The notes under the pieces are model-generated. The model did no database searches and was not told the origin of the DNA. It saw only the letters and a list, made by a program, of their open reading frames with translations. A stretch of DNA of 64,000 bases from Patescibacteria group bacterium (lineage in GTDB: Bacteria; Patescibacteriota; Patescibacteriia; UBA11705; DATKZF01). Made by a program: the position numbers and the translations under genes. The DNA is taken from NCBI GenBank assembly GCA_049319825.1, contig JBMORT010000002.1, positions 271,230 through 335,229 on the forward strand. The letters run 5' to 3'. Shown here in pieces: positions 28,401 to 37,421 of the stretch (its first letter is position 1; every line of letters starts with the position of its first letter).

Positions 28401-31400
28401 CGGCTGTGAAACATACACCAATCTCGATGTGTTGGCTCAGGGCGGTGAAGCCATCAATTATTTCAAACAAGTTAAGCAGTGCTTAAAATCAGACCCGGAA
28501 AGTCCTCATCCCGATTGCGCCACTTTTTACACCTGGACCGGCTCCGGCGATTCGGGCTATCAGATTACCAATTACAGCTTGAGAGATCGAGACAAAGACG
28601 GCCAGCCGGACGTCACCGACCCGGCCAAAGACGCGGCTGAATGCGACGCGGATGTTTATAATTTTCAGCTTAATCCCGATTGCCGGCAGTTTTACAACCA
28701 AGCCGGACAAATTTCATATCATTTAATTTCTTTAACCATCACTTGCGCCGAGGATTGCAGTCCGTTTAGGCTGGAAGCTTCTTATGCCGATCTGGCCGCG
28801 GCTCGGGCTAAATGTGAGCCGCCAATTGGCAATGGCACATGGGACTTGACCACGAATAAGTGTATTTACCAAATCATCCCGTCCGAGGCGCTGACTTGCC
28901 CGGCCGCCGAATCCGGCTGCCGCGAATACAAAGGCAATTTTTCCGGAGATGTTGAAGTGCTGTACCAAGAAGATTTTGAAGCCGGATTGGGAACTTGGTT
29001 TGATAATGCTTCAAATAAAGATATCTCTTACTCATCGGAATCTCTTAATCTTGGCGGACATTCCATGGAAATCCCATCGACTGTTCCGGCTATTTATGAG
29101 CCGTCTGCCGATAACAGCGTCCCATTTTCATCGGGCGCTCAATATTCCGTTTCTTTCTGGGCCAAGCCGGACGCTGATTTGAACACGGAAGACTCGTCGG
29201 CTCGACTGCAGGTCTTATTGCAGACTTCTTACGCCGGTGGCGGAGATAGTATCCCTGTCGGTACTTTGAGCTATCGCGGCGGCGATTGGAATCTATATAC
29301 CGCCACAGTTAATTATACCGGCCCGGACGCTCAGCTTCTGCGATTGACCATTACCAATGTTTATTCCGCGGGAGATAATTCGGTTTACGTTGACAACATT
29401 AAAATTTCCAGAGTCAATCAATTTCAATATTTGGTCAAAAATTCATGGAGCACTCCGCAAATTTGCGATACCAGATTGGACGGAGTCGATCCATTGCCTC
29501 AGGCCATGCTCGGCTGCCGCGAATACAGCGACCGCGACGGTACATTGCATTATTTGCGGTCGTTCAATAATTTCTGCGGCGACGATGTAGTCGGCTGCGA
29601 GGCATTGATTGATACCAAAAATAACAGGGAATATCAAGAGAAAATTTATAATCCTGGAATTATTAATGTTTGCGAAGTTCCGGAAATTAAGTCACAACAA
29701 GTCACTGGAGGCAATTGCAATTTAAAGATGATGACCTACTTTTGTAATAATAGTGATGTCATTAACAATCCGACTGCTTGCATAAATGCCGGACAAGAGA
29801 GTTTGGAAGCGTTTTTCTCCCTCCTTGCGGGGTTAATTGCCGGCAATAATGCCAGTGAGGCTTCCTTGACCGCGTTGGTATGCAACGCTTTAAGCATACA
29901 GGAAGGCTATGATTATAGCTGGAACGTGCAATTAAATGCTTGCGTGAAAAATAATGCGCTCGACCAATTCGGCGTCCCCGCCGATGAGCTGGTTTACCGC
30001 GTCGTGTCCGAAGAAATGTCTTGCGACGCGGATCAAAAGGGCTGTACTGCAGCCGGACAAGCCGGGTTTTCATACGACCAAAGCATTGTCGAATGGTACG
30101 ATACATTCTTTATCCTCGATCCGGACAATTTGACCGGCCTGCTGTGCTCCGAGGCCAGTTTGGGCTGTGAGCAGTTCGCGGATTCCAATAAAAACATACA
30201 CTTTTTGAAGGACCCCGGATTAAGATATTGCGAATACCGAAGCGATCTGGCGCAAGCGGGTTGGTACGAGGCCGGTTCTGAGCCGCCGGCACCCTGCAAG
30301 ACATGGGAGCCTTATCAGGACGGAGTAAAAGCTGTTTTACCGAATTATCATCCTGATTATTTGCTTTCAAATCAAGACAGCACAGTGCTGGAAAACACCG
30401 GCTGGGCCGCGAGTTGTCCCGAAACTCAGTCCGCTTGCACCGCGTTCATTGATCCGGCTGATAAAACTTCTAACTATGTGGGCAGGACTTATTATTATAA
30501 AAATAATGATAAAATAGACCGCGACAGCTGCGATGGCGTGGTTGATCCGAAAGAGGGCTGCATGCTTTTTCAGGATACAGCAGCGGGTGAGGCGAAATTC
30601 AGCGCGGATGCCACTTATTTTCTGAATTACTTGTCCGATGACCCGACTGCTCCGTTCAATTTAAATAATTTAAGTGATTCTGATTTAATTTCTCTAAATG
30701 ACGGAACCATATCCAAACTAACCAACAATGATTATGATTGGTCGTATCAATCGATGCGGGTTTTATCACCGGTATCTAATATCAGCCCCAAGGATGAAGT
30801 GGAATATTCATTGTTGCTCAATGGCGGCCAGCAGACTATTTCTTCCGTGTATCAATTGATATCCGGCGACCAGGATTATCGTTTTACCAATGACTCGAAC
30901 ACGGTATTAAAGGTGAAGCAAGACCGCCAATGTTCCAAATGGTACAGCTGTCTGCCGAGCATGGCTTGGGACAATGCCAACACGCAGTGGGTGGAAGTCT
31001 GCGAGCTTTCCATTCTCTGCGATAAGTATTCGCGCAGCGGAGGCAGCGCTTATTGCAGCCACGCGATCGTGCCCGGCGCGGAATCGAGCACGCCGCTCAA
31101 CGAAAATGAGTACTTCACCGAAGCTAAATATGTTGACCGGCAATCGACTAAATTCCCATTCTTGAATTTATACCATGATTTATATACTCCCGATTATTCC
31201 GGCTATGCCATATATAATCAGGTGCCGCTGCAATTTCTGACGGCCGTTGATTTGGCCGATAGCTACGAATCATTGGGCCAGCACTTCAGTTTATTGGCTC
31301 AATTTGAAACCGCCGGCGCTTGCAATACCGATGCGGATTGCGCTTCAGCCTTAAGTGGCCAGTTTATTGAGGCGTACGGATCCGCTGTCCAAAGTACCAT

Positions 31401-34400
31401 TACCAAATGCATCAGTGGCGCTTGTTACGGGCCAAAGTCGTTGTTTGAAAACATCGGTCAACCGGCAGCGGATTCTTTTCCCGACGCCAAAATGTGCCGG
31501 GCATACCCGGAGCAAAATTCTCCATTGCCATTTTCCGCGATCTACGAAGTATATCCCTGGGCCGGAAAGAACGAGGTCAAATGGCAAAAGTATCGAAACG
31601 CCGAGTACCCATATATCGATAGCGAACGCGATGACAAGGATCAACGAGCGGAGATTGATTACGGCTGTCGCTATACCAATTATTCATACGGCAATAATCA
31701 AATCACTCTTCATGTGCCGCCGGGTGAATCGGTGCCGCCGGGCATTTGCTCCATCACGCGGCAATCATGCGCTTGCGGCGTGGTCACCGGACAAAACGGC
31801 GCGGAATATAAGGATTGTTCCAAGGGTTTTAATGAAGCTGGAGAAATCGTTTGCGATCAGAGCGAAACGTGTTTGGAGCGGGATAAAAGCATTACTGATA
31901 TTTATGGCTGGGAAGGCTATTGCCTCGAAGATGATTATTCGGTTTCGTTATATAATTCGGAAAGCGCGCATCCGTGCTTAACCTGGTATCCGGCGGATCA
32001 GGCGGCCGGATTAACTGACCGATATAATCAATATGCTCAAGCCGGTTATCAATCGGGTGATTTCCCATATTACTGCCTGACTTCAAGGCCGTATTTACAG
32101 GAAAAAGCTTATTTTTCCGGCGGAAACGGGCAAGGCTGGCTCAGGTGGCTGGTAATACCGCCCAGTGAAAAGATACAGGGCGAGTGCCATATGGATCAAG
32201 CAGGCCGATGGGAATTCTTCAATGAAATTTTGTATAGAATAATTGCCGATGAAACTGGATTTAGCGGCGGCAATCAGGCCAGCCTTGGCAATATCGCTTC
32301 ATCAATGGACAATCTTTTATCCGGAAAAGCAAAATCTTATGACACGTTGAGTGGTAATATTGATATCGAATTCCCCGACATTCGCAGCCGGTATTTGCAA
32401 TCGATGATGGCATACTATTTTTCCAATAAACTTTTGGTGATTGGTGAAAATCAGTTAACCGGCGAAAATAATATCAGCAAACAAAGTCAAGCTGATTATG
32501 CGCTCCGCACTTGTGGCGAAGGTTACTTCCCGGTATTTTCGCCATGCGACGACGGCAATGATGATTTTGCCGGTCTTCCGGGATATGGTTATAAAACCAC
32601 ATCGCCGGGTTTGACAATCGCCGCTGGCGTGTTGTGCGTGCCATACGGCTCGGTGATTGAAATTCCCGATTCGGAAATCGAAAAGTGGCGAGACAAGGTG
32701 CCCAATATCGATATGTTGCAAGGCGCACAGTGCGTTCCGCACTTTAAGCTGGGCGATTTGTTAAAGAAGGGTAGTATTAAAAATTCCTCCACCGATCAAT
32801 CATGCATTGCCGCTGATGGCACCTGGAATAATGGCGCTTGTTCGCCAATCCTAACCAATTATGAAATCGACGTGGACACGGTTTATGATTATGTGGTGGC
32901 GCAAAATAAAGTGGTTCCGGTGTATTCGCAAACGCCGCAAAGCAGCAAGGTGAATGTCCCCACGATTTTCAGCGGGCTGCTGGACATGGATGACCCATAT
33001 AATTATCAGCCTTTGGATAAAGCGCATCCGTTGACATTTTTTTACCTCAGTAAGGAGGACGTTAATTCCGGTTACTATTGGGGGTTGTGTTCCAATCAAA
33101 GCAATAACGAGTGCTCCGATAATAATTTCATGCCCGGCGACCAGCGTTGGCAAACCGTCCAGGCGATTCAAAGTAACGACGAACCCTCGGTCATTGACAT
33201 GAATTTTGATTTTATGACCCCGCTTTATCGTTATTGCGTCAAAACTCCTCAGGTGGCCGATGAAGGCAATGTTAACGTGGACGGCTTGGCCCAGCGGGGC
33301 ACCAATGAAGAATTTGCCGGAGACAGGCAATCGGTTGAATATGTTGAAAATTATTTACATGAGGGCAGCAATGAAGCGCCGCTGGTCGTGGACGTGGCTC
33401 TGGAAGATAAATATCTCAATCCGGCCGGCCAGACATTTGTCAGCGGGGAGATGCTGTGCGATAATGTGGCGGAAATTGAAATTGTCGGTGAAGGTGGCTT
33501 TGAAGATAAGGCCTGGACGAACCGAATGTTCAATACGTCCATATTAAAGAGAAATTTTGCCATCAACAGTCCCGATACTTTTGGATTCTATTATGATACT
33601 CCGCCGGGAGCCTATGGTCAGGTTGATGTTTTGCGCGGGAATTTGGGTGATTATATTAAATCCGATTCTTGCTATTATAACGAAGGAGGCAATTCCAGCT
33701 ATTTCAGCAATAACGCTTTGTACAACCCGCTGGTGGTTACCGATTTTTCCGCTGAAGATGCCCGGTACACTTATTGCCCGGATATTCAGGACACCACCAC
33801 GCTCCAATATAAAAATCAGGAACAGATAATCAATTCTCCCAAATCATACATGAAATACTCCATTGAGGGCGCGTCTTTCGGCAGTACCTCTTCTGCGTCA
33901 ACGAGCTACCCGATGCTTTCTTCTGCTTTAGAAAAATTCGAAAATTACAGCGCTTCGGAATTGGCCGCCCCGGGCAGTCAGACTGATCTGCATCGACTGG
34001 ACGAGCCTTTCAGCCGATTGTCATCTTTATTCGCTAAAGTTTTTAATGTTTACTCCTGGAATCCGGTAGAAAATAATTTTGATTTCTATAGAAATTTTTC
34101 GTATCAAGATGTTTCCGAAGATAAGGACATCAGCTATCAAACGGTCGTGGCCGATGGCTATCGCACCGTGCCGGTGGTGGCCGGTGTGCAGACGCTGGCT
34201 TCCGGAAAGTATCAAGCCGTCGGTGACACCATCACTCTGAAAACTCTGCATGAAAGCCGTACCAGCGGAATTGTTCGGGGATACGATGGCCAGTTATTGG
34301 TTCAGGCGCAGTTTTTCGGCTGGGCCGATAAAGACCATATGCCGATCAGGCAGGTGAGCATCGATTGGGGCGATCCTAATATATTCAAGCCCGGCCCGGA

Positions 34401-34938
34401 CGGTCAGTATAAAAATTATAAACCGATCTGCGCGGTCGATCGGAATGAAAGCTTGGATTATTGTGTGGAAGGCATACACGACGAGCAGTGCCGATCGATT
34501 GATGATTGCTCGGTCGGATCGTCGAATTGTGAAGGAGGAGGCGCTCCGAATTTCGGATCGATCCCCGATGCCTGCGCTCAGAGTTATTTTCAAAAACCGA
34601 ATTTTTATATTTGTTATGAAGGTGGAAGCAATTTGGCCAAGCCGGATGGGACTATCCCGATTTGTCCGGCCGGGTATCAAACAAACCCCGATTTGATCAG
34701 TGGCGAATTCATTGACGGCTGCTGGGATCCGGGATTCGAAAGCGGCATCGGCGCCTGCGTATTCCGCCCCGGAGCGCAGATAATTGATAATTGGGGATGG
34801 TGCAATGGGGATTGTTTTGGAGCAGGCAATGGATGTTATGAGGATCAACCATCAGATGCGCCATCTGCATTAAATCAATGTTCTGAAAGGGAAGCAGCAT
34901 TTACCAGATTTAATGGTGTTATTATAATTACACCTTAA
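25477..34938 (+). CDS. Giant exported Cys-rich protein (3153 aa) with two carbohydrate-binding-like (CBM4/9-type) beta-sandwich domains
   Basis: Signal-like N-terminus ending ANAQ; about ten C-x5-GC units; NLLINSGLE...YVDDLQIEE and EDFE...VYVDNIKIS; VSIDWGD near the C-terminus. Confidence 0.85.
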   Translation: MNLRPKQKIILGVIVFICCGIFFQFCFWFVASKPANAQIGETALEAQLRSLREQGQENYRAFQEAVRRYEEKAQEEFGQRLKEGFIRTAAITLKNTLIYTIQQAGRQTMQYVATGQWGQGPMFWEQSFDYFKQTIVGAATQEMLDTLAYQLWSETGFDMCDPDVDVKLAIMYNLQLNLPNPQYELVAPRCDWRLVKNNWEGFYDEVRGQVKDAVGLTYAAMGAMQDSLDPKQNDFGIFLKALDQNFARQKEEYEAARDERLAPSKLKDQTSVVTGFVQTPSYVVETSVKSDWEAVLASRREELKTGEAVLAEIPETVLAAFIQSFGPQQFLVAFLNRVKSGLIKRSESYNPVQKVYEQKKSIEKVNTEVLTADFSFEPRSVSLIDEFVNCPSESNRNTPRGQNDCVLDRSFAEAVRRAALGEPLTLEQAIAQGLINDTLPFYGPQDKENNTPECYNRGFCYSNLQKLRKARIIPLGWEMAALKMAEEGRKTLREVINQFNNPNSPFYRLVDPGWILKEPSTVCRAEVYGPDVIGEGASSRSEVCSDYRSCVDELPSGECVGGYGYCAEEKRTWLLEGDSCDGQFAGCTNLYDRGGNQQSWVLNTLDSSGCDSSSVGCRQYSLWKDDGKVWTNSTLAEHSDSGYQRWIFLNKNIESLLCTPDNEGCTRFIRTAADLGSNLLINSGLEDADENGEIPGWQIMLDGGVTREIATSIDIVNSGAKSAYVQKDSAVSSIWQLTSDEISIVPKDYSRYYILSYYLYQTDQDIVAAGLQYKNYTGINTFNWADAVQVSSSYLDGIKNPDGSLNAASISTGIWQRHYVLVNLPPQTDDGRLIDRLRVAFNFGDGGSYYVDDLQIEEVFSPTTFALYAPYASTNADYLKQAPDYYNCYDEFPNNDAPECANFMPVCSAEAVGCERYTPTDGGAAQTAVVGRYNYCPAECVGYQSFSQSETFFEPLTFPVYFIPSTARTCEQENVGCETYTNLDVLAQGGEAINYFKQVKQCLKSDPESPHPDCATFYTWTGSGDSGYQITNYSLRDRDKDGQPDVTDPAKDAAECDADVYNFQLNPDCRQFYNQAGQISYHLISLTITCAEDCSPFRLEASYADLAAARAKCEPPIGNGTWDLTTNKCIYQIIPSEALTCPAAESGCREYKGNFSGDVEVLYQEDFEAGLGTWFDNASNKDISYSSESLNLGGHSMEIPSTVPAIYEPSADNSVPFSSGAQYSVSFWAKPDADLNTEDSSARLQVLLQTSYAGGGDSIPVGTLSYRGGDWNLYTATVNYTGPDAQLLRLTITNVYSAGDNSVYVDNIKISRVNQFQYLVKNSWSTPQICDTRLDGVDPLPQAMLGCREYSDRDGTLHYLRSFNNFCGDDVVGCEALIDTKNNREYQEKIYNPGIINVCEVPEIKSQQVTGGNCNLKMMTYFCNNSDVINNPTACINAGQESLEAFFSLLAGLIAGNNASEASLTALVCNALSIQEGYDYSWNVQLNACVKNNALDQFGVPADELVYRVVSEEMSCDADQKGCTAAGQAGFSYDQSIVEWYDTFFILDPDNLTGLLCSEASLGCEQFADSNKNIHFLKDPGLRYCEYRSDLAQAGWYEAGSEPPAPCKTWEPYQDGVKAVLPNYHPDYLLSNQDSTVLENTGWAASCPETQSACTAFIDPADKTSNYVGRTYYYKNNDKIDRDSCDGVVDPKEGCMLFQDTAAGEAKFSADATYFLNYLSDDPTAPFNLNNLSDSDLISLNDGTISKLTNNDYDWSYQSMRVLSPVSNISPKDEVEYSLLLNGGQQTISSVYQLISGDQDYRFTNDSNTVLKVKQDRQCSKWYSCLPSMAWDNANTQWVEVCELSILCDKYSRSGGSAYCSHAIVPGAESSTPLNENEYFTEAKYVDRQSTKFPFLNLYHDLYTPDYSGYAIYNQVPLQFLTAVDLADSYESLGQHFSLLAQFETAGACNTDADCASALSGQFIEAYGSAVQSTITKCISGACYGPKSLFENIGQPAADSFPDAKMCRAYPEQNSPLPFSAIYEVYPWAGKNEVKWQKYRNAEYPYIDSERDDKDQRAEIDYGCRYTNYSYGNNQITLHVPPGESVPPGICSITRQSCACGVVTGQNGAEYKDCSKGFNEAGEIVCDQSETCLERDKSITDIYGWEGYCLEDDYSVSLYNSESAHPCLTWYPADQAAGLTDRYNQYAQAGYQSGDFPYYCLTSRPYLQEKAYFSGGNGQGWLRWLVIPPSEKIQGECHMDQAGRWEFFNEILYRIIADETGFSGGNQASLGNIASSMDNLLSGKAKSYDTLSGNIDIEFPDIRSRYLQSMMAYYFSNKLLVIGENQLTGENNISKQSQADYALRTCGEGYFPVFSPCDDGNDDFAGLPGYGYKTTSPGLTIAAGVLCVPYGSVIEIPDSEIEKWRDKVPNIDMLQGAQCVPHFKLGDLLKKGSIKNSSTDQSCIAADGTWNNGACSPILTNYEIDVDTVYDYVVAQNKVVPVYSQTPQSSKVNVPTIFSGLLDMDDPYNYQPLDKAHPLTFFYLSKEDVNSGYYWGLCSNQSNNECSDNNFMPGDQRWQTVQAIQSNDEPSVIDMNFDFMTPLYRYCVKTPQVADEGNVNVDGLAQRGTNEEFAGDRQSVEYVENYLHEGSNEAPLVVDVALEDKYLNPAGQTFVSGEMLCDNVAEIEIVGEGGFEDKAWTNRMFNTSILKRNFAINSPDTFGFYYDTPPGAYGQVDVLRGNLGDYIKSDSCYYNEGGNSSYFSNNALYNPLVVTDFSAEDARYTYCPDIQDTTTLQYKNQEQIINSPKSYMKYSIEGASFGSTSSASTSYPMLSSALEKFENYSASELAAPGSQTDLHRLDEPFSRLSSLFAKVFNVYSWNPVENNFDFYRNFSYQDVSEDKDISYQTVVADGYRTVPVVAGVQTLASGKYQAVGDTITLKTLHESRTSGIVRGYDGQLLVQAQFFGWADKDHMPIRQVSIDWGDPNIFKPGPDGQYKNYKPICAVDRNESLDYCVEGIHDEQCRSIDDCSVGSSNCEGGGAPNFGSIPDACAQSYFQKPNFYICYEGGSNLAKPDGTIPICPAGYQTNPDLISGEFIDGCWDPGFESGIGACVFRPGAQIIDNWGWCNGDCFGAGNGCYEDQPSDAPSALNQCSEREAAFTRFNGVIIITP

Positions 34939-34961
34939 AAATAAATTCATTTAAAAATAAC

Positions 34962-34995
34962 AACTCCTTGGATAGTTTTCCAAGGAGTTTTTTTT
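34962..34995. terminator. Terminator between convergent genes
   Basis: aactccttgga/tccaaggagtt 11-bp stem plus T tract. Confidence 0.85.
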
Positions 34996-35668
34996 AGTTT
35001 TTGATGTAAGAGAAAAGCTTGTCTGTCTCCTGAGACTTGTATCGAATGGAAATCTCAGTGTCTCCAAGCGCGATTGGACCTGAAGACCATTCAAGATCAG
35101 CAGGCTCGTAATATGCGAATAACCGAATTTCGGTCTCGCTGATTCTTTCCAGAGGCAGGCCTTCTTCAGCAGGATAGAACCCCACCACATAGATTCCGTC
35201 CTGAATGGGATCGTTCACGCGCTCTTCGACGTACACGTCGACATTGCGCGGTCCAGTTTCGTACTGGTCGGTCCGCACCCAAGTGCCCTCGAGCCATCGG
35301 TACTCTTCGAGCAGGTCAGCCGCGGTCTCCAGCGTGACCGGATCGAGATCCATGTCATACTCGTAGCAGATCTCGTCGGTCCACTGTTCGTACCCATTCA
35401 GCGTCAGGCCGACTTCATGGCAGCCGGCTTCGACATAGACCGTGCCCGGCGTGGTTTTGCCGGATTCGTTGTCGTCCACCCAGATCGTCGCTCCGGGCGG
35501 ATCACTTTCGAAGCTGAGCTTCACCGTTCCGGGTGGTCGGGTGGTGTCTTCTCCCGGACCGTCCGGCGAGATGATCGAATCGGGTTGATTGCCGATGCCG
35601 CCGCTCTGGTCGTCGCAGCCAACCATGAAAATGGCGATGAACACGAAGCTGGTGATGATGTACTTCAT
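34994..35668 (-). CDS. PEGA-domain lipoprotein
   Basis: Lipobox-like MVGC; SDPPGATIWVD....GKTTP...GCHEV.L...GY; GGAGG SD; high GC3. Confidence 0.85.
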   Translation of the reverse strand: MKYIITSFVFIAIFMVGCDDQSGGIGNQPDSIISPDGPGEDTTRPPGTVKLSFESDPPGATIWVDDNESGKTTPGTVYVEAGCHEVGLTLNGYEQWTDEICYEYDMDLDPVTLETAADLLEEYRWLEGTWVRTDQYETGPRNVDVYVEERVNDPIQDGIYVVGFYPAEEGLPLERISETEIRLFAYYEPADLEWSSGPIALGDTEISIRYKSQETDKLFSYIKN

Positions 35669-35749
35669 GGTGTCCCTCCGGCGCCGGGATTCCCGTGAAT
35701 CCGCGGCAATCTAAAGTTGGTTTTTCCCGTGTTTTTTAAAGGACTGGGC

Positions 35750-35778
35750 AGTATACCCCAGAGAGGAGAATTTGTCAA
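35750..35778 (-). promoter_or_regulatory. sigma70 promoter of the PEGA gene
   Basis: TTGACA-17 bp-TATACT on the minus strand. Confidence 0.8.
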
Positions 35779-35794
35779 GTCCAAGCCGTGTTTG

Positions 35795-35890
35795 CCTGCC
35801 AGTCCGCCTACGCCGCGGTTTCGGCGGACAGGCCGTAGCCTCCTGACAGCCGTAGCTTCAAGCGAAGGCTGTTGGGCGTAGGCTGGACGC
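35795..35890. repeat. Cluster of GTAG/CTAC-containing REP-like nested palindromes downstream of the RAYT gene
   Basis: gtccgcc-tacg...ttc-ggcggac and gacagcc-gtagc...gcgaa-ggctgtt stems. Confidence 0.6.
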
Positions 35891-35964
35891 ATTGACCCCT
35901 CTCTACTTATATTGTATGAATAATTCTCAAATGTTGTCAATAGAAATTGTGGAAAATTATAAAA

Positions 35965-36534
35965 TTAATGAATTATTTGGTCCAATTCCCATTTGAGGGG
36001 ATTATTTAATATGTATTTTTGTTTGTTGTATAATTCTTTTTCATCCCGGATGATTCGATCGTGGAAACGGGGTTGCCAAAATGGTTCCCCGATTGTGTTT
36101 TGATATAAATTTATTTGTTTCGCGGAAAATGTTTTAAATCCACGGATTATTTCAGACAATAAATATCGTTTTTTCCCCGCGCGAATATCAATTGGGCCAT
36201 CGCCGTCCGTAGAGACAGGTTTGAAACCTGTCTCTACGGCGTCGCGCGGTCGGTCATTATCAATAAAAATTATTCCATGGATATGATTTGGCATAATAAC
36301 GAAATAATCCAAAACGCAATTGGAATAATGTTTTGGCAAATCATACCAACAATTTATGGCCAATTGTCCTTGTTTCGATAAACATACAAATCCATTTTTA
36401 ATGTATCCCAAAATATTTTTTTTGTTTTTCGTGCAGATCGTAATAAAATAATATGCCTCGGATGAATAATCCCAGCCTTTCAATCTTGTTGATTCGATTC
36501 TGTATTTATTTTTAAATAGCGTGTTATCAAACAT
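35965..36534 (-). mobile_element. REP-associated tyrosine transposase (RAYT; Y1/IS200-like HUH nuclease)
   Basis: RLKGWDYS...YFITICT, VIMPNHIHGII (HUH), FKTFSAK, WQPRFHDRIIR, YILNNP; AT-rich. Confidence 0.92.
36207..36239. repeat. Perfect GTAG-type REP palindrome inside the RAYT coding sequence
   Basis: ccGTAGAGACAGGTTT-G-AAACCTGTCTCTACgg (16-bp arms). Confidence 0.9.
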
Positions 36535-36785
36535 TGTTGTTCATTTTAATTTTTACGTCTCTATATTTTTATTATTTCATTTTGATCAATTTTCGTCCAT
36601 ACATTTTTGTCGGTGTTTTTCGACAATTTTTTTATTTTATTTTGGCCAATATTTTAAAACCTGACGAACGTGGATAACATAAGATTGCTTGATATCAATA
36701 TGGCGCTGCTACGCTGAGAATAGGGAGAGCGGTCGCTCTTTGACAACGGACAAGCGTCCATTTATCCATCAACTGGAGGTGCGTC

Positions 36786-37406
36786 ATGAAGCGCGTGAAT
36801 CGAAAAACGATCCTGGCTTGGTTGGTTGTGCTGCTTGCCGGCTGCGATCAGCGTGCAAACCATGTGTTTCACGGCGGCGGGCGGGGAGATGTCGGGCAGA
36901 CCGACTTGAATTTCAGCTTCGATCTATCCGAACGGGAAAGATCGGTGTTTGAAGGGGTGTCATTTGTCAAACCCGATGAGCTGTTCGACGTCAAGGTGAC
37001 CAAAGGGCAGATTGTTCTCAAAGATACGGACCGGGAAGTGCTCGTCTCGAGCGGACTCGCGCCGGACGACTACTATCTGCCCAATGGCTTGGTGAATGAT
37101 GAAAAGTACGCGGAGCAGTATGTGCTGATCACGCTTGAGGTGTTCGACTTTCGCGTCAACACGGAAAACGATTGGCCGCTGTTTTTTCAAGAGAACATGC
37201 CGGAAATCATTTCCGCGCGGCCGATCGAAAACCTGGCCGGCAATCCGGCGGTCGAGCCGACCGCGTTTGCTGGTATCGTACTCGGCAACCGAATCGCCTT
37301 GGTCGCCGTGGCCGATAAAGTCATCCTGTTGCGAATGCTCGTTTCGGCCAGAGACGAGGATTCGGCCAATCATTGCTTCGATCAAATCGTCATCAGCCTG
37401 AACTAG
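36786..37406 (+). CDS. Putative lipoprotein, unknown function
   Basis: LLAGC lipobox; GGAGGT SD. Confidence 0.75.
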   Translation: MKRVNRKTILAWLVVLLAGCDQRANHVFHGGGRGDVGQTDLNFSFDLSERERSVFEGVSFVKPDELFDVKVTKGQIVLKDTDREVLVSSGLAPDDYYLPNGLVNDEKYAEQYVLITLEVFDFRVNTENDWPLFFQENMPEIISARPIENLAGNPAVEPTAFAGIVLGNRIALVAVADKVILLRMLVSARDEDSANHCFDQIVISLN

Positions 37407-37421
37407 GAAGGGAGGCCGGTC

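Noticed and set aside
11346-36677. Replication origin from scattered DnaA-box-like 9-mers (11346, 12952, ~24567, 25041, ~36669)
   Set aside because: Boxes are dispersed, two are inside CDSs, and there is no cluster or dnaA/dnaN nearby
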